A stretch of 38,200 bases of DNA from Escherichia phage sortregn, in the sequence record MN850588.1; one strand, 5' to 3'. This document shows positions 25,071 to 33,531 of this stretch, in pieces; the stretch's first letter is position 1; each line of letters begins with the position of its first letter. Position numbers and translations under genes: made by a program. The notes below the pieces were generated by a model. It saw only the letters and a program-made list of their open reading frames with translations, was not told the DNA's origin and made no database searches.

Positions 25071-25589
25071 ATGTCACGCAATAAGACCGCGATCGCCGTA
25101 GCTATGACCATGATTTACACCCGCCCCGCTATCATCGCCGGGGAAAATATCAAAGGTCTGGAAGTCCTGACCCGCGACCACACGGACGGCCCCTACGCCC
25201 GCGCCTCGTTCCCGGATGAAGAAGCCGCCGAGCGTCTGGAGTCTGGCTTCTGGGTGGATCATCCGGTCAAACTCTCCACGCTGGACAAGGCGATCGCCGA
25301 AGCCGCTCAGAAGGAAGCGGAGCAGGACAAAAAGGACGCCGACAACCAGAAAGCCGAGCAGGTGAAGAAGGAGCAGGACGAGAAGGTGGAAGATAAGGCC
25401 CCAGAATCGACCGCTACGGCCTCCGAGCAGAAAGACGACCCGAAGGCCACCGAAGCGGAAAAAGCCGCAGAGAGCGGCGCAGAGGCTCAGGAATCCACCC
25501 AGGAAGCGAAGGCCGACGAATCCAAGCCGAAAGACGGCGAGAAGGTAGACGGCGCGAAAGTTCCGACTGATAAGAAGGCGAAGAAATAA
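25071..25589 (+). CDS. hypothetical protein with Lys/Glu/Ala/Asp-rich disordered tail
   Basis: Internal ATG 25071 of ORF 24948..25589 after AAGAGGA; roughly 75 aa ordered N-terminus then charged low-complexity tail. Confidence 0.5.
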   Translation: MSRNKTAIAVAMTMIYTRPAIIAGENIKGLEVLTRDHTDGPYARASFPDEEAAERLESGFWVDHPVKLSTLDKAIAEAAQKEAEQDKKDADNQKAEQVKKEQDEKVEDKAPESTATASEQKDDPKATEAEKAAESGAEAQESTQEAKADESKPKDGEKVDGAKVPTDKKAKK

Positions 25590-25591
25590 TT

Positions 25592-26047
25592 ATGGCGACC
25601 ATGCAGAAGATCCAGATCGTGAACCTGGCGTTACGCCGGGGCGGGATCGCGTCGTCTGCTGTTCTCATGCAACCAGATCCCCAGCAGTTAGCCGACGCGC
25701 TGGGCGATCTGGAGTCCCTTATGGCTTCGGTGATCAAGGACGGCGTGGATCTGCCGTACAACTTCACCACCAACCCGGACGGCATTCCCGACGGGAACGA
25801 GGACTCCGGTCTGGAACTTTGGACGCTGGAGGCGCTGGGCCTCAAGCTGGCACAAAGGATCCTGATCGATATGCAGCGCGACCTAACGCCGCAACAAAAC
25901 GCGGTCTTGCGCGAACAGTGGGACGTGGTGAAAGTGGCATTCTACAAAGTGCCATCACTCAAACAGCGTAACGATATGCCAACCGGGGAAGGAAATAATC
26001 CTTTCTGGGCTGACGATCGTTTCTACTATGACGGGACGGCGAAATGA
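25592..26047 (+). CDS. head-tail adaptor (P22 gp4-like)
   Basis: 151 aa; IVNLALRRGGIAS and DMPTGEGNNPF resemble P22 gp4; position after coat. Confidence 0.55.
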   Translation: MATMQKIQIVNLALRRGGIASSAVLMQPDPQQLADALGDLESLMASVIKDGVDLPYNFTTNPDGIPDGNEDSGLELWTLEALGLKLAQRILIDMQRDLTPQQNAVLREQWDVVKVAFYKVPSLKQRNDMPTGEGNNPFWADDRFYYDGTAK

Positions 26048-27480
26048 GGAACCCAGAGCGCGGGCAGGAGATTAACATCCCGTTACTGTACGGTGACGGG
26101 CGCAGTAATAAGACGCTGGACTGGACGACGCGACTCCCGGAGAACATGCTGGCGGTCGCCCGACAGGTCAAAGGCGGCAACGGCTACATGCGGATCATGC
26201 CGGGGATCGATAAGGTCGCCGACGTGGACGGGATCAGCCGTGGCTCGGAATGGAACACGGTCAAAATGGGACCTTCCCGCGTAATGGGTGGCAAGCTGTA
26301 CCTCTTAGGCTCGCCGCTGGCGGACGTGTCCGGCGTGGACCGTACTCCTATGGCGCATAGCCGCGACAGGATCGGCATTGTGACCGATAACCGCCTGTTA
26401 ATGGTCGGCTATGACGGGACTGTGACGAACTTTTCCAACTGGACGGGGGAGGACGCTCCGATCTACTCGTGGGGCGACATTAACGACGTTTGCCACCTCC
26501 GCCAGCGCTTCATCTTCTCCACGAAGGGGACGGACACCTTTTGGATCTCCGACCTGGAGGACGAGACGAAGCCGGACAAGATCGCCCCGGCGTATCGCGC
26601 TGAATCCATGCCGGACGGCATCGTGGCGATCCGCTCGTGGCATGACTATGTTGTGTGCTTCGGTAGCGCCTCGATCGAGTTCTTCGGCCTGACCGGGGAC
26701 GACCAGAACGTCTACGCGAACCAGCCCTCCTACACCGTCCAGGCCGGAACGCTGGGACGTGAAACCGTTTGCGCCTATCTGGACACGTTCGCGTTTATTA
26801 CGTCCCAATTCTCCGGGGAGTACACGATCGCCATCATGCAGCCCGGCGCGGCTCCGACGGAGATCGCCAGCGCGGAAGTTAAGAAGATGCTCGCCGGGTA
26901 CACCGTGGAGCAGCTACAGGCGGCGCGACTGGAGTCACTCAGCTATGAAACGCATAAATTGCTTATTGTCCACCTACCGGACAAAACGCTGGTTTACGAT
27001 CACCCCGTTAGCCAGGCCCAGGGCGTCCCGGTCTGGTCATTCCTCAAGACGGGGATCCTCTCGCTTAAGCCGTGGCGGGCGATTGACGTCATGAACGAGG
27101 GCAACCGGATCACCGTCGGCGACAAGACGGGGAAATGGCTCGGAGCGCTGAACAATACCCACTCCGCGCAGTACGGCGAGGACCAGGAGATCGTCCTGTA
27201 CACGCCGATCCTGTGGGCTGAAAATGCGATCCTCGCTGACTTTAGGATCGACGCTTCGACCGGGGGCGGCTCTACCACTTCCCGGATCTGGCTCTCCGCC
27301 ACCGAGGACGGGATCAACTACGGGCAGGAGCGAACGATCGCTTATAACACGCCTTACCGCTGGCTACAGAACGTTATCTTGCCCGTTGTGGGCCGCGTCC
27401 GTTCCGCCATCGGCTTTAAACTTCGCACCGTTGGCGCGACCCCGGCGACTCTCTCGCGGGCGCGTGTCCGTGTGACCTGA
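26044..27480 (+). CDS. tail hub protein (P22 gp10-like)
   Basis: 478 aa, ATGA overlap with gp4-like gene, size and position as P22 gp10. Confidence 0.55.
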   Translation: MRNPERGQEINIPLLYGDGRSNKTLDWTTRLPENMLAVARQVKGGNGYMRIMPGIDKVADVDGISRGSEWNTVKMGPSRVMGGKLYLLGSPLADVSGVDRTPMAHSRDRIGIVTDNRLLMVGYDGTVTNFSNWTGEDAPIYSWGDINDVCHLRQRFIFSTKGTDTFWISDLEDETKPDKIAPAYRAESMPDGIVAIRSWHDYVVCFGSASIEFFGLTGDDQNVYANQPSYTVQAGTLGRETVCAYLDTFAFITSQFSGEYTIAIMQPGAAPTEIASAEVKKMLAGYTVEQLQAARLESLSYETHKLLIVHLPDKTLVYDHPVSQAQGVPVWSFLKTGILSLKPWRAIDVMNEGNRITVGDKTGKWLGALNNTHSAQYGEDQEIVLYTPILWAENAILADFRIDASTGGGSTTSRIWLSATEDGINYGQERTIAYNTPYRWLQNVILPVVGRVRSAIGFKLRTVGATPATLSRARVRVT

Positions 27481-27484
27481 TGCA

Positions 27485-27495
27485 CTGGGGGGATC
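27485..27495 (+). repeat. CTGGGGGGATC 11-mer copy (immediately 5-prime of gp26-like ATG)
   Basis: Exact match ending one base before ATG 27496. Confidence 0.85.
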
Positions 27496-28092
27496 ATGGC
27501 AGTCGTTAACACTCTACAGCAGCTTAATACGGGCATTTTGCCACCCGGTACTTCTCAGGCGTTCCGGGATTATCTGGTCCGCCTGGGATCCTTCACGCAG
27601 GAAGCCGGGGACACCGCGAACAACGCCGAGGGATCGGCGTCTGACGCCTTCACGATCGCGGAACAGCAGAGGATCCGAAACGACCAGCAGGACAACGAGA
27701 TCGACAACCTGGAGGGGCAAGTCTCCAGCCTGGCGACCCGCGTCACCGAAGCGGAGAACCAGGTGGACACGCTGGCCCAGCAGGTCGAAGCGTTCGACAG
27801 TATCGTGATCAAGAACAACGTGGACACCCTCCAGATCATGGACGGGCCTCTCTCCATCGGGACGGAGATCCGCGTGAACAACGTCAAGGTAATGGGCGGA
27901 CGTCAAACTGGCTGGACCGCGCAGACCGGGACCACGAAGAAGGGCGGGATCGACGGTTCGGCGGCGTATGCCGTCGGCGGCGCATACAGCCAGGCAGAGG
28001 TCCAGGCACTGGCGGACGGCCTGGTGGAAGCCCGGCAGGTGATCGCCGCGCTGGTGGCGCTGGCGCTCTCTCACGGCTACGCGGGGACCTGA
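27496..28092 (+). CDS. tail needle protein (P22 gp26-like coiled coil)
   Basis: 198 aa with heptad-like segment NLEGQVSSLATRVTEAENQVDTLAQQVEAF; position as gp26. Confidence 0.5.
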   Translation: MAVVNTLQQLNTGILPPGTSQAFRDYLVRLGSFTQEAGDTANNAEGSASDAFTIAEQQRIRNDQQDNEIDNLEGQVSSLATRVTEAENQVDTLAQQVEAFDSIVIKNNVDTLQIMDGPLSIGTEIRVNNVKVMGGRQTGWTAQTGTTKKGGIDGSAAYAVGGAYSQAEVQALADGLVEARQVIAALVALALSHGYAGT

Positions 28093-28094
28093 TC

Positions 28095-28496
28095 GTGGAT
28101 TATGGCGAGATGATCGAACTTGTCCCGGACTCCGGCGTGGACCTCCTCCACGCCTGGGGCCTCCCGGAGTGGCCCCGCCACGTCGAGGCAAAGTATTTTC
28201 TGTGGGAAAGATGTTGCGTGTTCGCGATCATGGCGAACGACGAAGGCGGGATCGATGGACATATGGCAATGGATCCACCCATGCGCAGACGGTCCCGCGA
28301 GGCTTGCCAGGCGTTCCTCGCACACTGGGGCCACTATGCGATCCGCGTCCCGGTATTGATGGACCACCGTCACGCCCGGAACGTCGTCCGCAAAGTCGGA
28401 TTTGTTGAAAGTCCGCCCCAGCTTGTACAATTGGCGGACGGCAGAGAGGCGGAAATTATTTTCATGAGGAGAGGACCAAATGGGCGGAGCAATTAG
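28095..28496 (+). CDS. hypothetical protein (gp14 position)
   Basis: 133 aa ORF, GTG start at 28095 or ATG at 28110. Confidence 0.4.
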   Translation: MDYGEMIELVPDSGVDLLHAWGLPEWPRHVEAKYFLWERCCVFAIMANDEGGIDGHMAMDPPMRRRSREACQAFLAHWGHYAIRVPVLMDHRHARNVVRKVGFVESPPQLVQLADGREAEIIFMRRGPNGRSN

Positions 28497-29142
28497 CGGG
28501 ATCGGTGGAGCCGTCTCGTCCGTTTTAGGCGGTATCGGGACGAATAAGGCCCTTAAGCAGCAGCAGAAGGCCACCGACAAACAAATGGACTACCAGCGCG
28601 AGCTACAGGCGCAACAGGCCGAGTGGTTAAGTCCTTTCCGTGAGGCAGGGACGAACGCTATCCCCGGCCTGACTGCGATCGCGGGCCAGCCGATTGACCG
28701 GGAGGCGTTACTCTCGGACTACTACGGCGGGAACGAGTTCAAGATGGCGGAAGAACAGGCCCGACGCTCTCAGCTTGCCAGCGCGGAAGCGACCGGGGGC
28801 CTCGGATCCACGGCGACCGGGAACAGCCTCGCAGCCATCGCGCCGACGCTGGGCCAGAACTACCTGAACGCGCAGCAAGCGCAGCAGCAGGATATGTATA
28901 ACCAGCTTTTAGGCCTGGTTAACGTGGGCTTGTCCGGCGCTGGCGCTCAGTCCGCAGCGGCTACCGGGACCACTAACGCACTGACGGCGCTCGCCGGGCA
29001 GAAAGGCCAAATTCTGGGCCAGAAAGCGGCCTTGCCGTGGAATACCGCAGCAACGGCTAACAATCAGATGGCGCAGGGCGCGGCGCAGGATATGAACACG
29101 TTTACTAACATGTTCGGCGGCATGTTCGGAGGGATGATCTAA
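28480..29142 (+). CDS. ejection protein (P22 gp7-like)
   Basis: 220 aa Gly/Ala/Gln-rich, GGAISGIGGAVSS N-terminus, GAGGA SD, position as gp7. Confidence 0.55.
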   Translation: MGGAISGIGGAVSSVLGGIGTNKALKQQQKATDKQMDYQRELQAQQAEWLSPFREAGTNAIPGLTAIAGQPIDREALLSDYYGGNEFKMAEEQARRSQLASAEATGGLGSTATGNSLAAIAPTLGQNYLNAQQAQQQDMYNQLLGLVNVGLSGAGAQSAAATGTTNALTALAGQKGQILGQKAALPWNTAATANNQMAQGAAQDMNTFTNMFGGMFGGMI

Positions 29143-30464
29143 TGGCTCAATTATTAGGCGGCGGCGGTTCGGATCCGGGCGATCTGTGGAATAACCTCCA
29201 GAACATCCAGGCCGCAGGGACTAACACGCTCCAGAACATCGGGCAGATTCAGGCTAACACGGCGCAGCAGATCCAGAACCGACAGCAGGGGATGGCGATG
29301 CAAGCCGCAGCAGCCCAGCGCGACCAGATGGCGGCGTTTAATCAGGACTGGCAAGCAGCCCAGGGCGACCCGTCCAAGATTTCGGAACTGGCCTACAAAT
29401 ACCCGACCCAGATCGAAGCGCTCCAGAAGCGTCTCGGACTGGTGGATGATATTCGCCGCCAGCAGGGATCCCAGCTTGCAAGCCAGGCCGACGTCGCGAT
29501 CTCGCAGGGGCCGCAGATGGCCCAGCAATTCGTCCAGCAGAACGCCCCGGCGCTCCAGGCGCTGGGAATTGATCCGCAGGTGGCCTACCAGACGGCGGCG
29601 CAGGACCCGGAGGCGTTTAAACGCTCCGTTCAAGCGCTCCACCTGGCGAGCAATACCAGCAAGGATCAACTGGACTACTCGAAAGAGATCATGAAGAACC
29701 AGACCACGATCAGGGGCCAGGACCTCGACGCGGCGGCGAAGGCGGCAGACCGTAACCTCCGTTACATCGGGCTACAGAATGACCGCCTGAACACGCAGAT
29801 CGCGCAGGAAGGGAACGACATCAAACGCGCCCAGATGCAGCAGACGCTACAGAAGGCGCAACAGGACAGCCTGAACACGAAACGCGATTTTCTCCAGACC
29901 TACGACAAGACGGTGGCCCCGATCGACACGTCGCTGGAACTGGCGAAACAGCTATTAAACCGTAAGGATCTGGGCTTCGTGACCGGGATTAACGGCTACG
30001 GAAACCGCTTCTGGTCGGCGGCTACTGGCGGCGGCGATAACACGGCGGAGATCATGCAGACCCTGGATCAGCTTAAGAGCCAGGCGCGACTCGCCGGGAT
30101 GGAGTCCTTGCGCGGGACTGGCTCCGTCACCGAGAAGGAAGGCGAGGCGGCGGCTAATGCCCTGCTGAACGCTAACCCCGGACAAATGAGCGAGGATCAG
30201 CTTAAGGCGGTGATCCAGCGTTATGTCTCCAGCCTGGAGAAGGGCAAGGCAGCGCTGGAGAAGAACCAGGGCGGGCGAGTCCAGGCCTACCGCCAGGAGA
30301 TCGCACGAGACGACGCCAAACAGGAAGCAGTCGGGCAATTGACCGCTGGGGGGATCCCCGCGCAGAACGCGCAAGCGGCTATTAATTACCTGATGCAGAA
30401 CCCTACCCCTAGCGTTAAGGCGCAATTTAAGGAAAAATACGGTTTCTTACCGGAGGGGCTTTAA
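29142..30464 (+). CDS. ejection protein (P22 gp20-like)
   Basis: 440 aa Q-rich, overlapping stop/start with gp7-like gene. Confidence 0.55.
   Translation: MAQLLGGGGSDPGDLWNNLQNIQAAGTNTLQNIGQIQANTAQQIQNRQQGMAMQAAAAQRDQMAAFNQDWQAAQGDPSKISELAYKYPTQIEALQKRLGLVDDIRRQQGSQLASQADVAISQGPQMAQQFVQQNAPALQALGIDPQVAYQTAAQDPEAFKRSVQALHLASNTSKDQLDYSKEIMKNQTTIRGQDLDAAAKAADRNLRYIGLQNDRLNTQIAQEGNDIKRAQMQQTLQKAQQDSLNTKRDFLQTYDKTVAPIDTSLELAKQLLNRKDLGFVTGINGYGNRFWSAATGGGDNTAEIMQTLDQLKSQARLAGMESLRGTGSVTEKEGEAAANALLNANPGQMSEDQLKAVIQRYVSSLEKGKAALEKNQGGRVQAYRQEIARDDAKQEAVGQLTAGGIPAQNAQAAINYLMQNPTPSVKAQFKEKYGFLPEGL
30346..30356 (+). repeat. CTGGGGGGATC 11-mer copy
   Basis: Exact match; frame-checked against gp20-like residues A402-G-G-I405. 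Confidence 0.85.
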
Positions 30465-33400
30465 ATGGCGAACATCTTCGACCAATTTGATCAGAACATG
30501 CCGAAAAATGCGACGGCGCTCCCTAATCAGATTCCAAACCAACCCGGATCCACTGGATCCGGTTATGCTGATCTGGTGGAGAGTGCCGGGGCGAAGTGGG
30601 GGATCCCTGCTGGCCTCATGACCCAATTAGTGGGGAAAGAGTCCAGCGGCAACCCGTCCGCCGTCTCCTCGAAAGGCGCAACCGGGCTAACTCAGGTTAT
30701 GCGCGGGACCGCCGAGGATATGGGCTACAACTGGGACGCGCTGAAAAACGATCCAGCATTACAGGCAGACGCGGGGGCGCAGTACCTTTCCCGCATGTAT
30801 CAGAGGTATGGAGACTGGGGGACCGCTCTCCAGGCTTACCATGACGGCCCCGGCAACGTAGACAAACAACTGGCGGGACAGGCAGAACCTGGCCCGGAGG
30901 GGCGTCAATATGTGGATGATCGGTTTAATCAATGGACTGGGCGAGGCGCTGGCGACAATGGCAGCGGCGAACCTACTCAATACGCAACCAGCGCACGATC
31001 TCCGAGTGCTGGCGGTAATGTTTTCGACCAATTCGGGGACTACCAACCCCCAGCAGCAGCCGCAGCCGACGGAGCCGGACCAACCGGAGCCGATCAACAA
31101 GTCGCAGCCGTCGCCGCTGGCAATGCACCTAATCAAGCGGGATCTGATGGCGCACAAGGGGCGGCAGCGCCGAACGGTAACGGAGTCCAGAGCGGAGCTA
31201 ATCAGCCCGGACAAACCGATCCAAACGAAGAAGCCGCCCGAAACTGGGAACAGTTAGGCCAGACCGTTCTCCATTCGCTGGATCAGGGCGCTCGCGGCGT
31301 GGCTCAGACGGGGATCGACCTGCTGAACACGCCGATCTCGCTGGCGAACATGATCTCCAATGCCGTGACCGATGCGGGCAAATGGGCCGGAGTCGTGGAC
31401 CAGGACACCCAAGCGCCGACCATCACGCCTGGGGGGATCCCTGGTCTCGCGCCTACCGACAAATACGCGCAGATCGGGACCGTGATCGGGGATATGCTCG
31501 CGCCACTGCCTGGCCCTCGTAAGGCTCAGGCGGCGACCGAACTCCTCGGACTGGTCCGTGAATCGCCGGACGTGGCTACCTTCTCGACTCGCCTCGCTGA
31601 TGCCGTGCAGAACTGGATCGCGGCTCCGGCGGCTCGTGCCGTTCCCGGCGCGGTGGCCGCTGGACGTGGGGACCCGGAGGAGACGCTGACGAACATCGCG
31701 TTAGCTCCCGCTGGCGAGGCTGTGGGCCGCGCTGTTATCGGTGGCGCTGGTAGGCTGTGGAACGCTCTCCGGGGCGAAGCTGGGGCCGCTGGTGGCGCTG
31801 GTGCAGATGCAGCGGCAGACGCCGCAAGATCCACCCAGGCGTCCGAGGCGGGCATTTCCGACGCGGTGGCTCGTGACGCGAGCAAGTTCCGACTGACGCC
31901 GGATCGCACTGTGCAGGGCGCGAACGGTGAAACCCTCCGCGCTTCTGACGATGCGATCGATCTGGCGAACATGGCGGACGTGGACAAGAAGGTCCTCAAG
32001 ACGGCCCGCGATCTGGGACTGGAGGACCAACTGACCCCGGCGGCTTATGCGCGTGACACCAATTTCCGCAGCACGATCCAGCAGCTTGTAAGCCGTAAAG
32101 GTTCCAACCTGGAGACGCAGCAGCTAAACGGGATCGCCCGCTTAGGCGAGAAAGCCGACGAGCTGATCGACAGCATGAGCAGCATGAACGCGCAGACCAT
32201 TGATCAGGCGTTTACCGCCCGCACTCGTGCAGTGATCGACGGACTGGGCGACGAGGCGGAGAAGGCTTATAACGCGATCGCGGCGAAGATCCCGCGTAAC
32301 GCCGAAGTAAGGCCGGACAGTACCGTGGACTATCTGACGGCGAAAGCCGACGAGTTAGGCGGCGACGCGTACCTGTCAACGGCAGAGCGTAAGGCGCTGG
32401 ACTGGATGGCTCCGAAGCCTGGCAAGGTGGACCCTGTGACGGGCCTCCCGGATCAGGACGTGGCGACGATCCCGACTTACTCCCGACTGGACACGCTTCG
32501 TAAGCAGGTAGGCCAGGCGCTCAATAAAAAATCCGGCCCGTTCAAGGACGAGGAGACGGGAGCGCTTAAACAGCTTTACGCCCGCCTGACGGACGACCAG
32601 GAGAAAGTCGCGGCCCAGTACGGCGCGGCGGACGACTGGAACGTGGCTAAACAGCTTGTTAAACGCCGTAAGGACCTGGAGACGATCGCCCAGGACGCGC
32701 TCGGAAAGAACCTTACCGACTCGATCACCGGGAAAGTGCAGAACGCGATCCTGAATCTGGGTAAAAAGGGCGGCAGCGCGAAGGACTGGGACCGTCTGAT
32801 GGCTGCAACCCCGGAGAGCCTGAAACAGGACGTAGTGGCTAACGCGCTGGAGCGTACCCTGGGCGCACGTAGCGCCCGCGATACCTTCGCGATCCCCGGC
32901 TTCGTGGACTGGTACAAGACCGCCCAGGCAAACGGGACGTTAGGCAACGTCATGAAGCATTTACCCCGCGATCAGCGTGTGCGCCTGATGCAGGTTTACC
33001 GCGTGGCGAACGCCATCGACCGGGCGAAACGCTTTACCACGACGACGGGATCGATCTCCGACTTCGTGAAGCGCTTCGACGATCCTAGCGCTGGCGGCGT
33101 CTTGTCCAAGCTGTACGGCGCGGCGGGCTGGCTGGGTAAACATGCGGCGGCGTTCTATGCAGCAGGTCCGGCGGGTAATGCGGCCCTCTCAGCGGCTCAG
33201 GCAGCGCGGGGCGCTCGCGTCCCTCGTTCGGTGCTGGCGGACAATTTGCTTTCGTCCACGAACTTCTCCAAACTTATGCAAGCCGCAGCCGCGCAGAGTT
33301 CCGGGAAGCTAACCCCAGCGGGCCGGACGTTCGTCCGCGAGGCCGAGGAAGCGGCGGCAAACTCCCCAGAGTGGCGGGCCTTGTATGAGGCATTCACCCC

Positions 33401-33491
33401 GGAGGAGAAAGCCGCAGTAAACCGGGCCGGGATCGTCGGATTCTTCTCCGGCGCTGGCGGCAGGGCAGCAGCGAACGAGCAGCAGCAATAA
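30465..33491 (+). CDS. ejection protein with N-terminal lytic transglycosylase (SLT) domain (gp16 position)
   Basis: 1008 aa; GKESSGNPSAVSSKGATGLTQVM with catalytic ES and downstream AYHDGPGN typical of SLT domain; Ala/Gly-rich linkers. Confidence 0.7.
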   Translation: MANIFDQFDQNMPKNATALPNQIPNQPGSTGSGYADLVESAGAKWGIPAGLMTQLVGKESSGNPSAVSSKGATGLTQVMRGTAEDMGYNWDALKNDPALQADAGAQYLSRMYQRYGDWGTALQAYHDGPGNVDKQLAGQAEPGPEGRQYVDDRFNQWTGRGAGDNGSGEPTQYATSARSPSAGGNVFDQFGDYQPPAAAAADGAGPTGADQQVAAVAAGNAPNQAGSDGAQGAAAPNGNGVQSGANQPGQTDPNEEAARNWEQLGQTVLHSLDQGARGVAQTGIDLLNTPISLANMISNAVTDAGKWAGVVDQDTQAPTITPGGIPGLAPTDKYAQIGTVIGDMLAPLPGPRKAQAATELLGLVRESPDVATFSTRLADAVQNWIAAPAARAVPGAVAAGRGDPEETLTNIALAPAGEAVGRAVIGGAGRLWNALRGEAGAAGGAGADAAADAARSTQASEAGISDAVARDASKFRLTPDRTVQGANGETLRASDDAIDLANMADVDKKVLKTARDLGLEDQLTPAAYARDTNFRSTIQQLVSRKGSNLETQQLNGIARLGEKADELIDSMSSMNAQTIDQAFTARTRAVIDGLGDEAEKAYNAIAAKIPRNAEVRPDSTVDYLTAKADELGGDAYLSTAERKALDWMAPKPGKVDPVTGLPDQDVATIPTYSRLDTLRKQVGQALNKKSGPFKDEETGALKQLYARLTDDQEKVAAQYGAADDWNVAKQLVKRRKDLETIAQDALGKNLTDSITGKVQNAILNLGKKGGSAKDWDRLMAATPESLKQDVVANALERTLGARSARDTFAIPGFVDWYKTAQANGTLGNVMKHLPRDQRVRLMQVYRVANAIDRAKRFTTTTGSISDFVKRFDDPSAGGVLSKLYGAAGWLGKHAAAFYAAGPAGNAALSAAQAARGARVPRSVLADNLLSSTNFSKLMQAAAAQSSGKLTPAGRTFVREAEEAAANSPEWRALYEAFTPEEKAAVNRAGIVGFFSGAGGRAAANEQQQ
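31429..31439 (+). repeat. CTGGGGGGATC 11-mer copy
   Basis: Exact match; frame-checked against SLT ejection protein residues P322-G-G-I325. Confidence 0.85.
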
Positions 33492-33496
33492 CAAAC

Positions 33497-33519
33497 GGGG
33501 GCCAGGTGGCCCCCTTCTC
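33497..33519 (+). terminator. hairpin (weak terminator/attenuator) before tailspike
   Basis: GGGGGCC-AGGT-GGCCCCC followed by TTCTC, short U-tract. Confidence 0.4.
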
Positions 33520-33531
33520 ATGGAGCGCATT

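Noticed and set aside
27514-28191. 225-aa minus-strand ORF
   Set aside because: Antisense to tail needle gene; Arg/Pro-rich
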